DNA of 64,000 nucleotides from an uncultured Kiritimatiellota bacterium (GTDB lineage Bacteria; Verrucomicrobiota; Kiritimatiellia; RFP12; DVOR01): NCBI GenBank assembly GCA_944389545.1, contig CALXMT010000011.1, positions 3,479 to 67,478 of the forward strand, read 5' to 3'. Shown piece by piece: positions 55,908 to 64,000 of this stretch (position 1 is its first letter; each line of letters starts with the position of its first letter). The notes under the pieces were generated by a model. It saw only the letters and a program-made list of their open reading frames with translations, ran no database searches and was not told where the DNA came from. The position numbers and the translations under genes were made by a program.

Positions 55908-56939
55908 ATGGCGGAAATCCCACACATCGATGGTTTCACGTTTCGTCAACGGCTCACGGCCTCGAGCCGAAGCGAACTGTGGCGCGCGGAGCAGACGGCT
56001 TTGGAGCGCGATGTCTTGGTGACGGTCTTCGGGCCGGGCGCACAGTTGGGCGCCGTCCAAGTCCTCGCGCAAACAAAATCACCGCTCATCCCGGAAATCA
56101 TCGACATCCAACAGTCCGAGGACCGTACCTGCGTCATTACGGAAGACCCGCACGCGCGTGGCATCGTGGCGCTTCTGGCGGGCAGACGCTTAGACGCCGG
56201 CCAAATCTCCAATCTGGGCATGCGCCTGGCGGAAGGCTTCGCCGACCTCACCGCGGCAGGTTTGCTCTATGGTGGGCTCAGCCCAACCTGCCTCTACCTC
56301 TCCGAAGACTCCGAACCCGTCTTGCCGGATTTGTCTCCCGTGCGCTTCGCCCCCGGGCAGGACACCAATCCGCCTGACTGGCAAATCCCAATGGAGGCCC
56401 TCCCCTACGCCGCGCCGGAATTGCAGGACAATCCGGAAGAGGCCGACTCGCGCGCCGACATGTTCGCGATGGGGCTGACGCTCTATGCGCTCGGCACCGG
56501 GCAGGTGCCCTTCGGCGCCGTACCTGCGGAATCCTTGGCGGAAGCCAAGGCGACCCGTACCGTGCCATCGCCTTGCGACATCAGCCCGAATTTCCCCATG
56601 GGATTGGCCGCCTTGCTTGCGCGCCTGGCCAGCCGAGACCCCGCGAACCGTTTTGACGACTGGGATGCGGTGCGCGTGGCTTTCCACCAAGTGCGCGAAG
56701 GCCTCGACCTGCCGGCCGGCCACCCGGAAGATTCCGTCATCGCGCCCCCCGACCCCGAAGTTCGCGCCCGTGCCGGCCGCACCATCCGCCTCTCCGTCAA
56801 CGACCTGCGGGCCTATCGGCGCGACCATGACGCCAAACGTCGCCATCCCTCTTGGTTTTTGATCACCACCACCGTCTTTCTCGGCCTCATCGCGTTGGCC
56901 GTTATCGCCATCGCCGCCAGACTTCTCTTCTTCCCATGA
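55908..56939 (+). CDS. protein-kinase-like domain protein with C-terminal TM anchor (likely catalytically degenerate / pseudokinase)
   Basis: Kinase-fold landmarks (…AAPE…, …DMFAMGLTLYALGTG…) but no HRDLKPxN catalytic loop or DFG motif (…YGGLSPTCLYL…, …PDLS…). C-terminal hydrophobic helix; the stop overlaps the ligA start (ATGA). Confidence 0.5.
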   Translation: MAEIPHIDGFTFRQRLTASSRSELWRAEQTALERDVLVTVFGPGAQLGAVQVLAQTKSPLIPEIIDIQQSEDRTCVITEDPHARGIVALLAGRRLDAGQISNLGMRLAEGFADLTAAGLLYGGLSPTCLYLSEDSEPVLPDLSPVRFAPGQDTNPPDWQIPMEALPYAAPELQDNPEEADSRADMFAMGLTLYALGTGQVPFGAVPAESLAEAKATRTVPSPCDISPNFPMGLAALLARLASRDPANRFDDWDAVRVAFHQVREGLDLPAGHPEDSVIAPPDPEVRARAGRTIRLSVNDLRAYRRDHDAKRRHPSWFLITTTVFLGLIALAVIAIAARLLFFP

Positions 56940-59179
56940 ACGACGCCCAACGTATCCTCGACCTGCGCGAGACCATCCGTAAGCACGATCGCCTCTACTA
57001 TGTGGAGGCACGCCCGACCATCTCCGACCGCGAGTATGACGCGCTCTGGGATGAGTTGGCCGCCCTGGAACGCGCCCACCCGGAACTGGTGACGCCCGAC
57101 TCTCCCACCCAGCGCGTCAGCGGCGAGCCCCTCACCAAGTTCAACCGCGTGCACCACGACCCGCCGATGCAGAGCCTGGACAAGACCTATGACAAGGCCG
57201 ACCTCGAGCAGTTTGATGCCTACCTGCGCAAACGCCTGCCCGAAGGCACCATGTGGGACTACGTGGTGGAGCCAAAGATCGACGGCGTTTCCCTCTCCCT
57301 TCGCTACGAGCATGGGCGGCTTGTCCGCGCCGCAACCCGCGGCAACGGCGTCGAGGGCGACGACATCACGGCGAACGTCCGCACCATCCGTTCCATCCCC
57401 CTCACCCTCCCCTGCGACGTTCCCCTGTTGGAGGTCCGTGGCGAGGTCTACATGACGCGCGAGGGTTTCGCGGCTCTCAACCGCGCCGAGGAAGAGGCCG
57501 GGCGCGAACCCTTCGCCAACCCCCGCAACGCCTGCGCGGGCTCACTCAAACTCCTCGACCCGCGCGAGGTCGCCAAGCGTCCGCTTGATGCCGTGCTCTA
57601 TGCCGCCGGCGCCCTCGATGGCGTCGCGTTCTCCACCCACACCGAGATGATGCGTGCCTTCGCCTCCTGGGGCCTGCGCACGCCCCCTTGGCAACGTCTC
57701 TGCCTGGATATGGGCCAAGTCTTCGCCGCCATCGACGAGTTGGAGGGGCTCCGCCATGCCTTTCCCTTCGAGATTGACGGCGCCGTACTGAAGGTCAACC
57801 AACGCGCCCTCTATCCCATCTTGGGCTCCACCGCCCACGCCCCCAGCTCCGCACGCGCCTACAAATACGCCCCCGAGCAGGCCCGCACGCGCCTCCGCGC
57901 CATCACGGTGCAAGTGGGCCGCTCCGGCGTGCTCACCCCCGTGGCGGAGTTGGAGCCCGTCTCCCTCGCCGGTTCGGTCATCGCCCGCGCCACCCTCCAC
58001 AACGCCGACTACCTCCGTGAAAAGGACATCCGCGTGGGCGACATGGTGGAAATCTCCAAGCACGGTGACGTCATCCCCGCGGTCGATCGCGTGGTGCCGG
58101 AGCTCCGCCCGCCCGAGGCCGTCCCCTTTGTGTTGCCTACGCATTGCCCCGTCTGCGGCGGCGACGTGGAGCGCCTGGAGGGCGAGGTCGCCACGCGCTG
58201 CGTCAACCCGGAGTGCCCCGCCCAACGCGTCGGCCGCCTGGAACTCTTCGTCTCGCGCAACGCCCTGGACATCGCGGCCATCGGCGGTCGCATGGCCGAG
58301 GCCTTGGTTCAAGCCGGCCTTGTCACCCAACCCCTCGACCTCTGGTCGCTCGACCCCGCCGCTCTCGCGGAGTTCCGTCTGGTCGCGGAGGACGGCACGG
58401 AGCGTCGCTTCGGCAAGAAGGCCCAAGAGGTCATGGCGGCCCTCGACCGTGCCCGAGACTTGCCGCTCCACCGCTGGCTCTTTGCCCTCGGCATCCCCGG
58501 CATCGGCGTGACCGCCGCGCGCATCGTGGCCGCCCCCTTCGCCTCTTGGTCCGCCCTCTTCGCCGACCCGCTCTTCGAGGACGTCCTCGCCTTCTACGAG
58601 GCCACCGAGCGCAAAACCGAAGACCGCGACCTCCTGGCCGGCGAAATCGCCACCCGCGCCCAAGCGCTCGCCGAACGCGGTCTCCTCCAACGCGATGACC
58701 CCGACAAATCCTTCCGCGACCGCTTCCTCCTCACCATCAAACCCGAGATGGCGCGCGAGATGACGCGTTTCCTGCGGTCGGACTACGCCCACCGCGTGGC
58801 CGCCCGCCTGGCTGAGCTGGGCATCGACCCCAAGCCCCTCGCCGAGGCTCCCGTCGGCACCGCGCTCGCCGGCAAGAGCTTCGTCATCACCGGCACCCTC
58901 TCCAAGCCGCGCGAGGCCTTCGAGCGCCTCATCCGCGAGAACGGCGGCACCGTCCAATCTTCCGTCTCCAAGAAAACCTCCTATCTGCTCATCGGCGCCG
59001 ACCCCGGCGGCAGCAAGTACACCAAGGCCCAGGCCCTCGGCACGCCGATGCTCGACGAGGCCCAGTTCGCCGCCCTCCTCGGCCAAGCGGACGCCGCCCC
59101 CGCCGAACCGGAGACGCCCCCACCCTCCCCCGCCGCCACGCCCTATGTCCAGGACGATCTCTTCGGCGGACTCAACTGA
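56936..59179 (+). CDS. ligA: NAD-dependent DNA ligase
   Basis: …EPKIDGVSL… adenylation motif (KxDG), Zn-finger CPVCGG…C, HhH and BRCT regions. Start at MNDAQRILDL rather than the upstream TTG of the track ORF. Confidence 0.9.
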   Translation: MNDAQRILDLRETIRKHDRLYYVEARPTISDREYDALWDELAALERAHPELVTPDSPTQRVSGEPLTKFNRVHHDPPMQSLDKTYDKADLEQFDAYLRKRLPEGTMWDYVVEPKIDGVSLSLRYEHGRLVRAATRGNGVEGDDITANVRTIRSIPLTLPCDVPLLEVRGEVYMTREGFAALNRAEEEAGREPFANPRNACAGSLKLLDPREVAKRPLDAVLYAAGALDGVAFSTHTEMMRAFASWGLRTPPWQRLCLDMGQVFAAIDELEGLRHAFPFEIDGAVLKVNQRALYPILGSTAHAPSSARAYKYAPEQARTRLRAITVQVGRSGVLTPVAELEPVSLAGSVIARATLHNADYLREKDIRVGDMVEISKHGDVIPAVDRVVPELRPPEAVPFVLPTHCPVCGGDVERLEGEVATRCVNPECPAQRVGRLELFVSRNALDIAAIGGRMAEALVQAGLVTQPLDLWSLDPAALAEFRLVAEDGTERRFGKKAQEVMAALDRARDLPLHRWLFALGIPGIGVTAARIVAAPFASWSALFADPLFEDVLAFYEATERKTEDRDLLAGEIATRAQALAERGLLQRDDPDKSFRDRFLLTIKPEMAREMTRFLRSDYAHRVAARLAELGIDPKPLAEAPVGTALAGKSFVITGTLSKPREAFERLIRENGGTVQSSVSKKTSYLLIGADPGGSKYTKAQALGTPMLDEAQFAALLGQADAAPAEPETPPPSPAATPYVQDDLFGGLN

Positions 59180-59199
59180 CTTTCCCGAAAGGACGCGCC

Positions 59200-61059
59200 A
59201 TGAAAGGCTTCCATCGTATCGCCGCCATCACCCCCTCGGTCTCCGTGGCCAATCCCCTCGCCAACGCCAAGGCCATCCTTGAGCTGGCCTATCAGGCCTA
59301 TGAGCAGGGCGCCCAACTCATCCTCACACCGGAGCTTTCGCTCACCGGCTACACCTGCGGCGACCTCTTCGGCTCGGCTTCCCTTGCCAAACAGACGAAA
59401 GAGGCGCTGGACTTCCTCCAGATTAATCTCGACAACCGTTTCGACCTCGTCGTCGGCCTGCCCGTTGCGGTGGACGACCGTCTCTACAACTGCGCCGCCG
59501 TCATCCACTGCGGCTCAGTCGTCGGCTACGTCCCCAAGACCCACCTCCCCACCTACCGCGAGTTCTACGAAAAGCGCCACTTCGTCTCCGGCGCGGCCCT
59601 CCCGCCCAACGCCGAGATTGACGGCGTGCCCATCGGCACCGACCTCCTCTTCGATGCCGGCGCCTTCCGCTTCGGCATCGAAATTTGCGAGGACCTCTGG
59701 GCCGTCGACGCCCCCTCCAACCGCCTGGCCGCCGCCCGTGCCCACCTCATCCTCAACCCCTCCGCCTCCACCGAGGCCGTGGGCAAGGCCGCCTACCGCC
59801 GCGACCTCGTGCGGATGCAATCGGCCCGACTCTCCTGCGCCTATGCCTACGCCTCCGCGGGCTCCGGCGAATCCACCACCGACGTCGTCTACGGCGCGCA
59901 CCGCATCCTAGCCAACAACGGCCGCGTCCTCGCCGAATCCCGCTGGGACGAAGGCATCAGCCTCATGGACTTCCGACCGGACTGGATCGACGCCGTCCGC
60001 CGCCGCGAGACCTCCTTCCCCGAACTCCCGCTCGCGCCCTGCCGCGTCATCCAGGCCTACATCCCCGGCTTCGAGCCCTCGGAGAGCGACGGCTCCCTCG
60101 CCGGCCTCGACCCCACCCCCTTCGTTCCCGCCGACGATGCCCGCCGACAGGAACGTTGCCGTGAAATCCTCCGCATCCAAGTCGCCGGTCTCATCAAGCG
60201 CTTCACGCACACCCACGCCAAGCGCCTCGTCATCGGCCTCTCCGGCGGACTCGATTCCACCCTCGCCCTCCTCGTCTGCCACGAGACCTGCAAGCGTCTC
60301 GGCCTGCCCCCGCGCGAGACCATCCTCGCCGTGACGATGCCGGGCTTCGGCACCTCCCACCGCACCCATTCCAACGTCCAAGCCCTCGCCCAAGAGCTCG
60401 ACATCGAACTCCGCGAGATTCCTATCGGCCCCGGCGTGGAGCAACACTTCAAGGACATCGGCCACGACCCCGCCGTCCGCGACGTCACCTACGAAAACGC
60501 CCAGGCCCGCGCCCGCACCTACATCCTCATGGACCTCGCCAACCAAGAGGGTGGACTCCTCGTCGGCACCGGCGACCTCTCTGAAATCGCCCTCGGTTGG
60601 TCCACCTACAACGGCGACCACATGTCCATGTACGCCGTCAACTGCGGCGTCCCCAAGACCCTCGTCCGCTACTGCGTCGAGTCCGTCGCCGCGGACTCCC
60701 CCGCCGACCTCGCCGCCACCCTCCGCGACATCTGCGACACCCCCGTCTCCCCCGAGTTGCTCCCCGGCGACCAACAGACCGAGGCCATCGTCGGCTCCTA
60801 CGAGCTCCACGATTGTTTCCTCTACTACTTCATGAAGTACGGCTGCGACCGCGACGACCTCCGCGACCTCGCCACCTTCCTCCTCGGCGACCGCCACAGC
60901 GCGGACGAAATCGAGCGCACGCTCGACAGCTTCTGCCGCCGCTTCGTCACCCAGCAATTCAAGCGCTCCGCCATCCCCGATGGTCCCAAGGTCGGCACCG
61001 TCGCCCTCTCTCCCCGCGGCGATTGGCGCATGCCCTCCGACGCCTCCTTCACCCTCTAA
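59200..61059 (+). CDS. nadE: glutamine-dependent NAD+ synthetase (nitrilase domain + synthetase domain)
   Basis: N-terminal CN-hydrolase domain (…ILTPELSLTGY…, …EICEDLW…) and a C-terminal …GLSGGLDSTLALLV… PP-loop. Confidence 0.85.
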   Translation: MKGFHRIAAITPSVSVANPLANAKAILELAYQAYEQGAQLILTPELSLTGYTCGDLFGSASLAKQTKEALDFLQINLDNRFDLVVGLPVAVDDRLYNCAAVIHCGSVVGYVPKTHLPTYREFYEKRHFVSGAALPPNAEIDGVPIGTDLLFDAGAFRFGIEICEDLWAVDAPSNRLAAARAHLILNPSASTEAVGKAAYRRDLVRMQSARLSCAYAYASAGSGESTTDVVYGAHRILANNGRVLAESRWDEGISLMDFRPDWIDAVRRRETSFPELPLAPCRVIQAYIPGFEPSESDGSLAGLDPTPFVPADDARRQERCREILRIQVAGLIKRFTHTHAKRLVIGLSGGLDSTLALLVCHETCKRLGLPPRETILAVTMPGFGTSHRTHSNVQALAQELDIELREIPIGPGVEQHFKDIGHDPAVRDVTYENAQARARTYILMDLANQEGGLLVGTGDLSEIALGWSTYNGDHMSMYAVNCGVPKTLVRYCVESVAADSPADLAATLRDICDTPVSPELLPGDQQTEAIVGSYELHDCFLYYFMKYGCDRDDLRDLATFLLGDRHSADEIERTLDSFCRRFVTQQFKRSAIPDGPKVGTVALSPRGDWRMPSDASFTL

Positions 61060-61086
61060 GTACGCGTCAAGCAAAGACCACAAAAA

Positions 61087-61115
61087 CGTGAGGGGCGGCG
61101 TAAGCCGTCCCTCAC
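61087..61115 (+). terminator. GC-rich hairpin downstream of nadE (GTGAGGGGCGG-cgtaa-GCCGTCCCTCAC), no clear U-tract
   Basis: 11-bp stem with one mismatch immediately after the nadE stop; it abuts MITE A4. Confidence 0.35.
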
Positions 61116-61118
61116 CAG

Positions 61119-61481
61119 TAGTGTCCGGGGAAAACGAGAACCGCAAAGACGCAACAGTGGGCGCGAAACGCCTCGGGCTCCATCGGTCGCTCTGCGGCTC
61201 TGCCGCTGACCGCGCCCGCCGCCCTCCGTTTCGCGCCTTGAAGTAGAAAGTCGAGGCATGGGACAAAGCCCCACCGCGAAGCCCGGGGGCACAAAGTGCA
61301 ATTCTTCCACGGCTATCTTCCAAGCTTCCAAGCTTCTATCCTTCATCATCTTCTTTTGAGCGCCCCTTCAGGGGCGCGATAGCGTGGAAATCCCAAGGGC
61401 GGCGCGACCAATGGGAGCGATGGAGCCCGCAAGGTTTCCACGCAAACCGTCTTCGCGGAAAAACTTTCCCCAGACACTATT
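61119..61481 (+). mobile_element. MITE-like repeat family A copy 4 (longest; central region expanded)
   Basis: Both TIRs and both conserved arms are present; the central variable segment is ~35 bp longer than in the other copies. Confidence 0.75.
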
Positions 61482-61495
61482 GCCTTACGCCACCA

Positions 61496-63991
61496 TCAAT
61501 TCTCCTCGGCGCGGCGGAACTCCACGCGGCGGAGGATGCGGAATTGGAGGTAGGTGAAGGCGATAAGGCCGACGCCGAGGAACCAGGCCATGGTGGTGGC
61601 GGTGCCCATGCGAAGGTTGTTGTAGGCCTCTTTCCAGATGGCGAGGGAGAGGACGTTGGTGGCGTCGCCGGGGCCGCCGAAGGTGAGCAGGAAGATGCTG
61701 CCGATGCTTTGGAAGGCGGCAATGAAGGCCCCGACAAAATTGATGACCATCAAAGGAAGCAACTGCGGGATAAGCACGTGGCGGACGCGTCCCCAGAAAC
61801 CGGCCCCATCGATGGCGGCGGCCTCATAGTAGTCCTGCGGAAGGGCCTGCAGGGCGGCGATATAGATGAGTGAAGAGATACCCGCGCCGGCCCAAACACC
61901 GGGCAGGATGCAGCAGACCATCGCGAGTGCGGGGTCTTGGAGCCACGTGCGATGCTCCAGCCCGAAGGTCGCGAGGATCTGGTTGAGCATGCCGTTCTCG
62001 GTGGGGTCGTACATCAGCTGCCAGAGCAGGGTGATGACGAGGGTGGAGGTGAGGTGCGGCAGGAAGTAGAGCGTGCGGAAGAGGATCTTGCCACGAGGAA
62101 TCTCCGTGAGGAGGACGGCCAGAATAACAGGGGTAAGAAAGCCCAACAACAGGGTGAGTCCGACATACTTGAGCGTGCGTGCCGCACTGGCCCAAAAGCC
62201 CCAGTCGGTCGCCACCAAGATAAAGTTGTCGAGGCCCACCCACGGGCTGTCGCCCACGATGTGATAGTCGCGAAAGGCCATGAGCACGCCGCGGATGAGC
62301 GGGTAGTAACTCCACAGGGCGACGGAGAGAAGCGCCGGGAGCAGCATCAGCCACGCGACGCGCGGCACCTTGTGCGCCGCAGGACCCACCGTTTCAGACT
62401 CCACGCGTTCGCGGGCCCGGGTGGAACGACGGCGGAAGACCGAGACGGTCAAGAACGTCAAGAAGGCCAAAACAACAAGAAGAAGGATGGTGCGCGCCAG
62501 CGGACGGTGGCGGTCGAGTTCCTCCTCCGGCACGCGGAACATCAGTCCGCGGTTGGCGTCTTCATTGATGGCGCGGAGCGCGGCGGCCGTGTCGAAGTCG
62601 CGTCCCTCCTCGGAGAGAATGAGACCGAGCAAGCGACGTTGAAGCAGGTCACTGACGCCTTGCCAAAAGCCGACAAAGGGTTCCGTGCGGGCAACGATAG
62701 TGCCGGCGTCGAGGTCTTCGTAGAGTTGGCGGATGGCGGGCGGGATGTCCTCCAAGTAGGCATCCAACCCCAACCGGCGAAGGTCTTCGGGATGGCACCA
62801 ACGGGCGTTGCCCTCCAGAACCTGCTGGCGGATGTAGGAGTCGTTGAGTGTGGGGGAGGCGAGGCGTTCCAAGCAGGCAAAGACGAGATCCTGCTCGGCC
62901 TCCGGTCGGCGGGCAACGCCCTCGCTGATGCCCCAGAAGTGACGGTGCGCCTGAAAGACGCGAGGGAGTTCCGATTGCGCGGCGGGGAAGGGCATCAAAC
63001 CGACAGCCTCGGGGTCGAGGCCACCCTCGCCGGTAATCCGCTCGATGGCCTCGGTGCCGGCGAACATGGCCGCGACCTCACCACGGATGAAGGGCGCGGG
63101 GTCATTGTTGAGGGGCAACTTGAGAATGACGCCCTCTTGCACATCCTCGGGCACGAAGTGAAAAGCCAGGTCCCCACGGACAGCGTAGCCGGCCTCGGCT
63201 TCTTCGGGCGTCAAGTCGATGGGCTCGCCGGTCCGAGGGTCCCGAATCCAAGGGGCCCAAGCCAACCGACGCAGAAACTCGGCGGCGGCGAGGGCCTCGG
63301 GGGAATCGAAGGCCGCGCGCCACGTGGGCTCAACGTCCGAGAGGTCTTCACCGTCTTCGGTGATGCACTGCGTGGCCTCCATGGGGAAATCGACGGGCGT
63401 GCCGCGCAGGCGCGACACCCGGCTCTGAATGATGGGACTGCCGCCCGCGGATTGAAGCCAAGGCAACCAGTTCCACGGGGCCTCGCAGACACCAAAGGCG
63501 CGTTGGCCGGGCTTGGTGAGGGCTTGACACCACTGCCAAAATGCTTCCCACGTCTCGGGCGGATGCTCGGGATCGAGCCCGGCCCGGCGCACGAGATCTT
63601 TGTTGTAGACAATGCCGTAATAGGCGACGGAGGCCGAGGGCAGGGCATAGACATGGCCATTAGCCGTGGCGACACGGCGCCAGAGTTCGGGCACATGCGC
63701 CCACCCTTCCCACTTTTCACCGTTCGGCCCCAACCAACGGTCCAACGGCATCAAGAAGCCGTTGCGGATGTCGCTCTGGGCAATGTGGAACCAGACTTGG
63801 TAGATGTCCGGGGCGTTGCCGCCGGCCATGGCAAGGAGAAGCGGCGAACGCCCGCCCGCGCCGGGAAGCCACAGGCCGCCCCATTTGACGGGCCGCAACT
63901 CGGGGTGCTCCGCGCCCAACGCAATAATCTGCCGCGTGACGGCACCCTCGGGCCGGTCCGGGTCGTAACCGCCCATGAAGGAGACGGTCAT
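61496..63991 (-). CDS. fused ABC sugar transporter: extracellular solute-binding domain (N-terminal ~500 aa) + MalF/UgpA-type permease domain (C-terminal, EAA loop)
   Basis: The C-terminal half has 6 TM helices and …EAAAIDGAGFWGRVRHVLIPQLLP… The N-terminal half is soluble and Trp-rich, with SBP-like character. The ORF reaches to within 9 nt of the window end. Confidence 0.6.
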   Translation of the reverse strand: MTVSFMGGYDPDRPEGAVTRQIIALGAEHPELRPVKWGGLWLPGAGGRSPLLLAMAGGNAPDIYQVWFHIAQSDIRNGFLMPLDRWLGPNGEKWEGWAHVPELWRRVATANGHVYALPSASVAYYGIVYNKDLVRRAGLDPEHPPETWEAFWQWCQALTKPGQRAFGVCEAPWNWLPWLQSAGGSPIIQSRVSRLRGTPVDFPMEATQCITEDGEDLSDVEPTWRAAFDSPEALAAAEFLRRLAWAPWIRDPRTGEPIDLTPEEAEAGYAVRGDLAFHFVPEDVQEGVILKLPLNNDPAPFIRGEVAAMFAGTEAIERITGEGGLDPEAVGLMPFPAAQSELPRVFQAHRHFWGISEGVARRPEAEQDLVFACLERLASPTLNDSYIRQQVLEGNARWCHPEDLRRLGLDAYLEDIPPAIRQLYEDLDAGTIVARTEPFVGFWQGVSDLLQRRLLGLILSEEGRDFDTAAALRAINEDANRGLMFRVPEEELDRHRPLARTILLLVVLAFLTFLTVSVFRRRSTRARERVESETVGPAAHKVPRVAWLMLLPALLSVALWSYYPLIRGVLMAFRDYHIVGDSPWVGLDNFILVATDWGFWASAARTLKYVGLTLLLGFLTPVILAVLLTEIPRGKILFRTLYFLPHLTSTLVITLLWQLMYDPTENGMLNQILATFGLEHRTWLQDPALAMVCCILPGVWAGAGISSLIYIAALQALPQDYYEAAAIDGAGFWGRVRHVLIPQLLPLMVINFVGAFIAAFQSIGSIFLLTFGGPGDATNVLSLAIWKEAYNNLRMGTATTMAWFLGVGLIAFTYLQFRILRRVEFRRAEEN

Positions 63992-64000
63992 CGGCTTTGT

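Noticed and set aside
1-64000. rRNA, tRNA, tmRNA or other canonical ncRNA genes
   Set aside because: I looked for tRNA-like cloverleaf stretches and for the conserved tails of 16S and 23S rRNA in intergenic regions and found none. The intergenic space is essentially accounted for by MITEs, palindromic arrays and terminators.

Overview
This is a high-GC bacterial chromosomal segment with roughly 62–68% GC, apart from a few low-GC islets, and it is densely coded on both strands. I see no rRNA, tRNA or CRISPR. The overall style (very high GC, an AsmA/TamB-like protein, a PPi-type PFK) is consistent with a Verrucomicrobia/Planctomycetes-like genome, but I cannot identify the organism.

Recognisable housekeeping genes:
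- Metabolism: folD, riboflavin synthase, pgi, pfk, nadE, thiD, a BioF/Kbl-like acyltransferase, an M20 peptidase and a NudC-like NUDIX hydrolase.
- Cell wall and envelope: murG, murF, a SurA-like PPIase and an AsmA/TamB-like giant envelope protein.
- DNA metabolism: ligA, polA, a RecD2-like helicase and a UvrD-like helicase fused to a PD-(D/E)XK nuclease.
- RNA and ribosome: rsmA, an RlmD/TrmA-family RNA methyltransferase, der/engA, truA and two RluA-family pseudouridine synthases.
- Transport: a TonB-dependent receptor with an ABC ATPase and an FtsX-type permease, and a fused solute-binding-protein/permease sugar ABC transporter.

Features not explained by housekeeping:
1. A roughly 4.9 kb compositionally foreign islet carries a giant 1500-aa ORF (26406..30908). 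It begins with a zincin-like HExxH motif and continues into long charged coiled coils, with low-GC DNA on both sides.
2. Two related families of roughly 270–340 bp palindromic MITE-like elements share GTGTCCGGGGAAA termini. There are at least eight copies, and one has a clean 10-bp target-site duplication.
3. Two arrays of six 23-bp tandem repeats are built on the palindrome CCCTATAGGGG. Some units read CACTATAGGGG.
4. A large 5'-truncated unknown protein (1..3158) has extreme C-ending codon bias and is followed by a 45-bp tandem duplication and a MITE.
5. Three pseudouridine synthases sit in one operon with der and the helicase-nuclease.

Coordinates for repeats, terminators and promoters are read by eye and are approximate (±3 bp). 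CDS coordinates follow the supplied ORF track, with start codons re-chosen where homology indicated.
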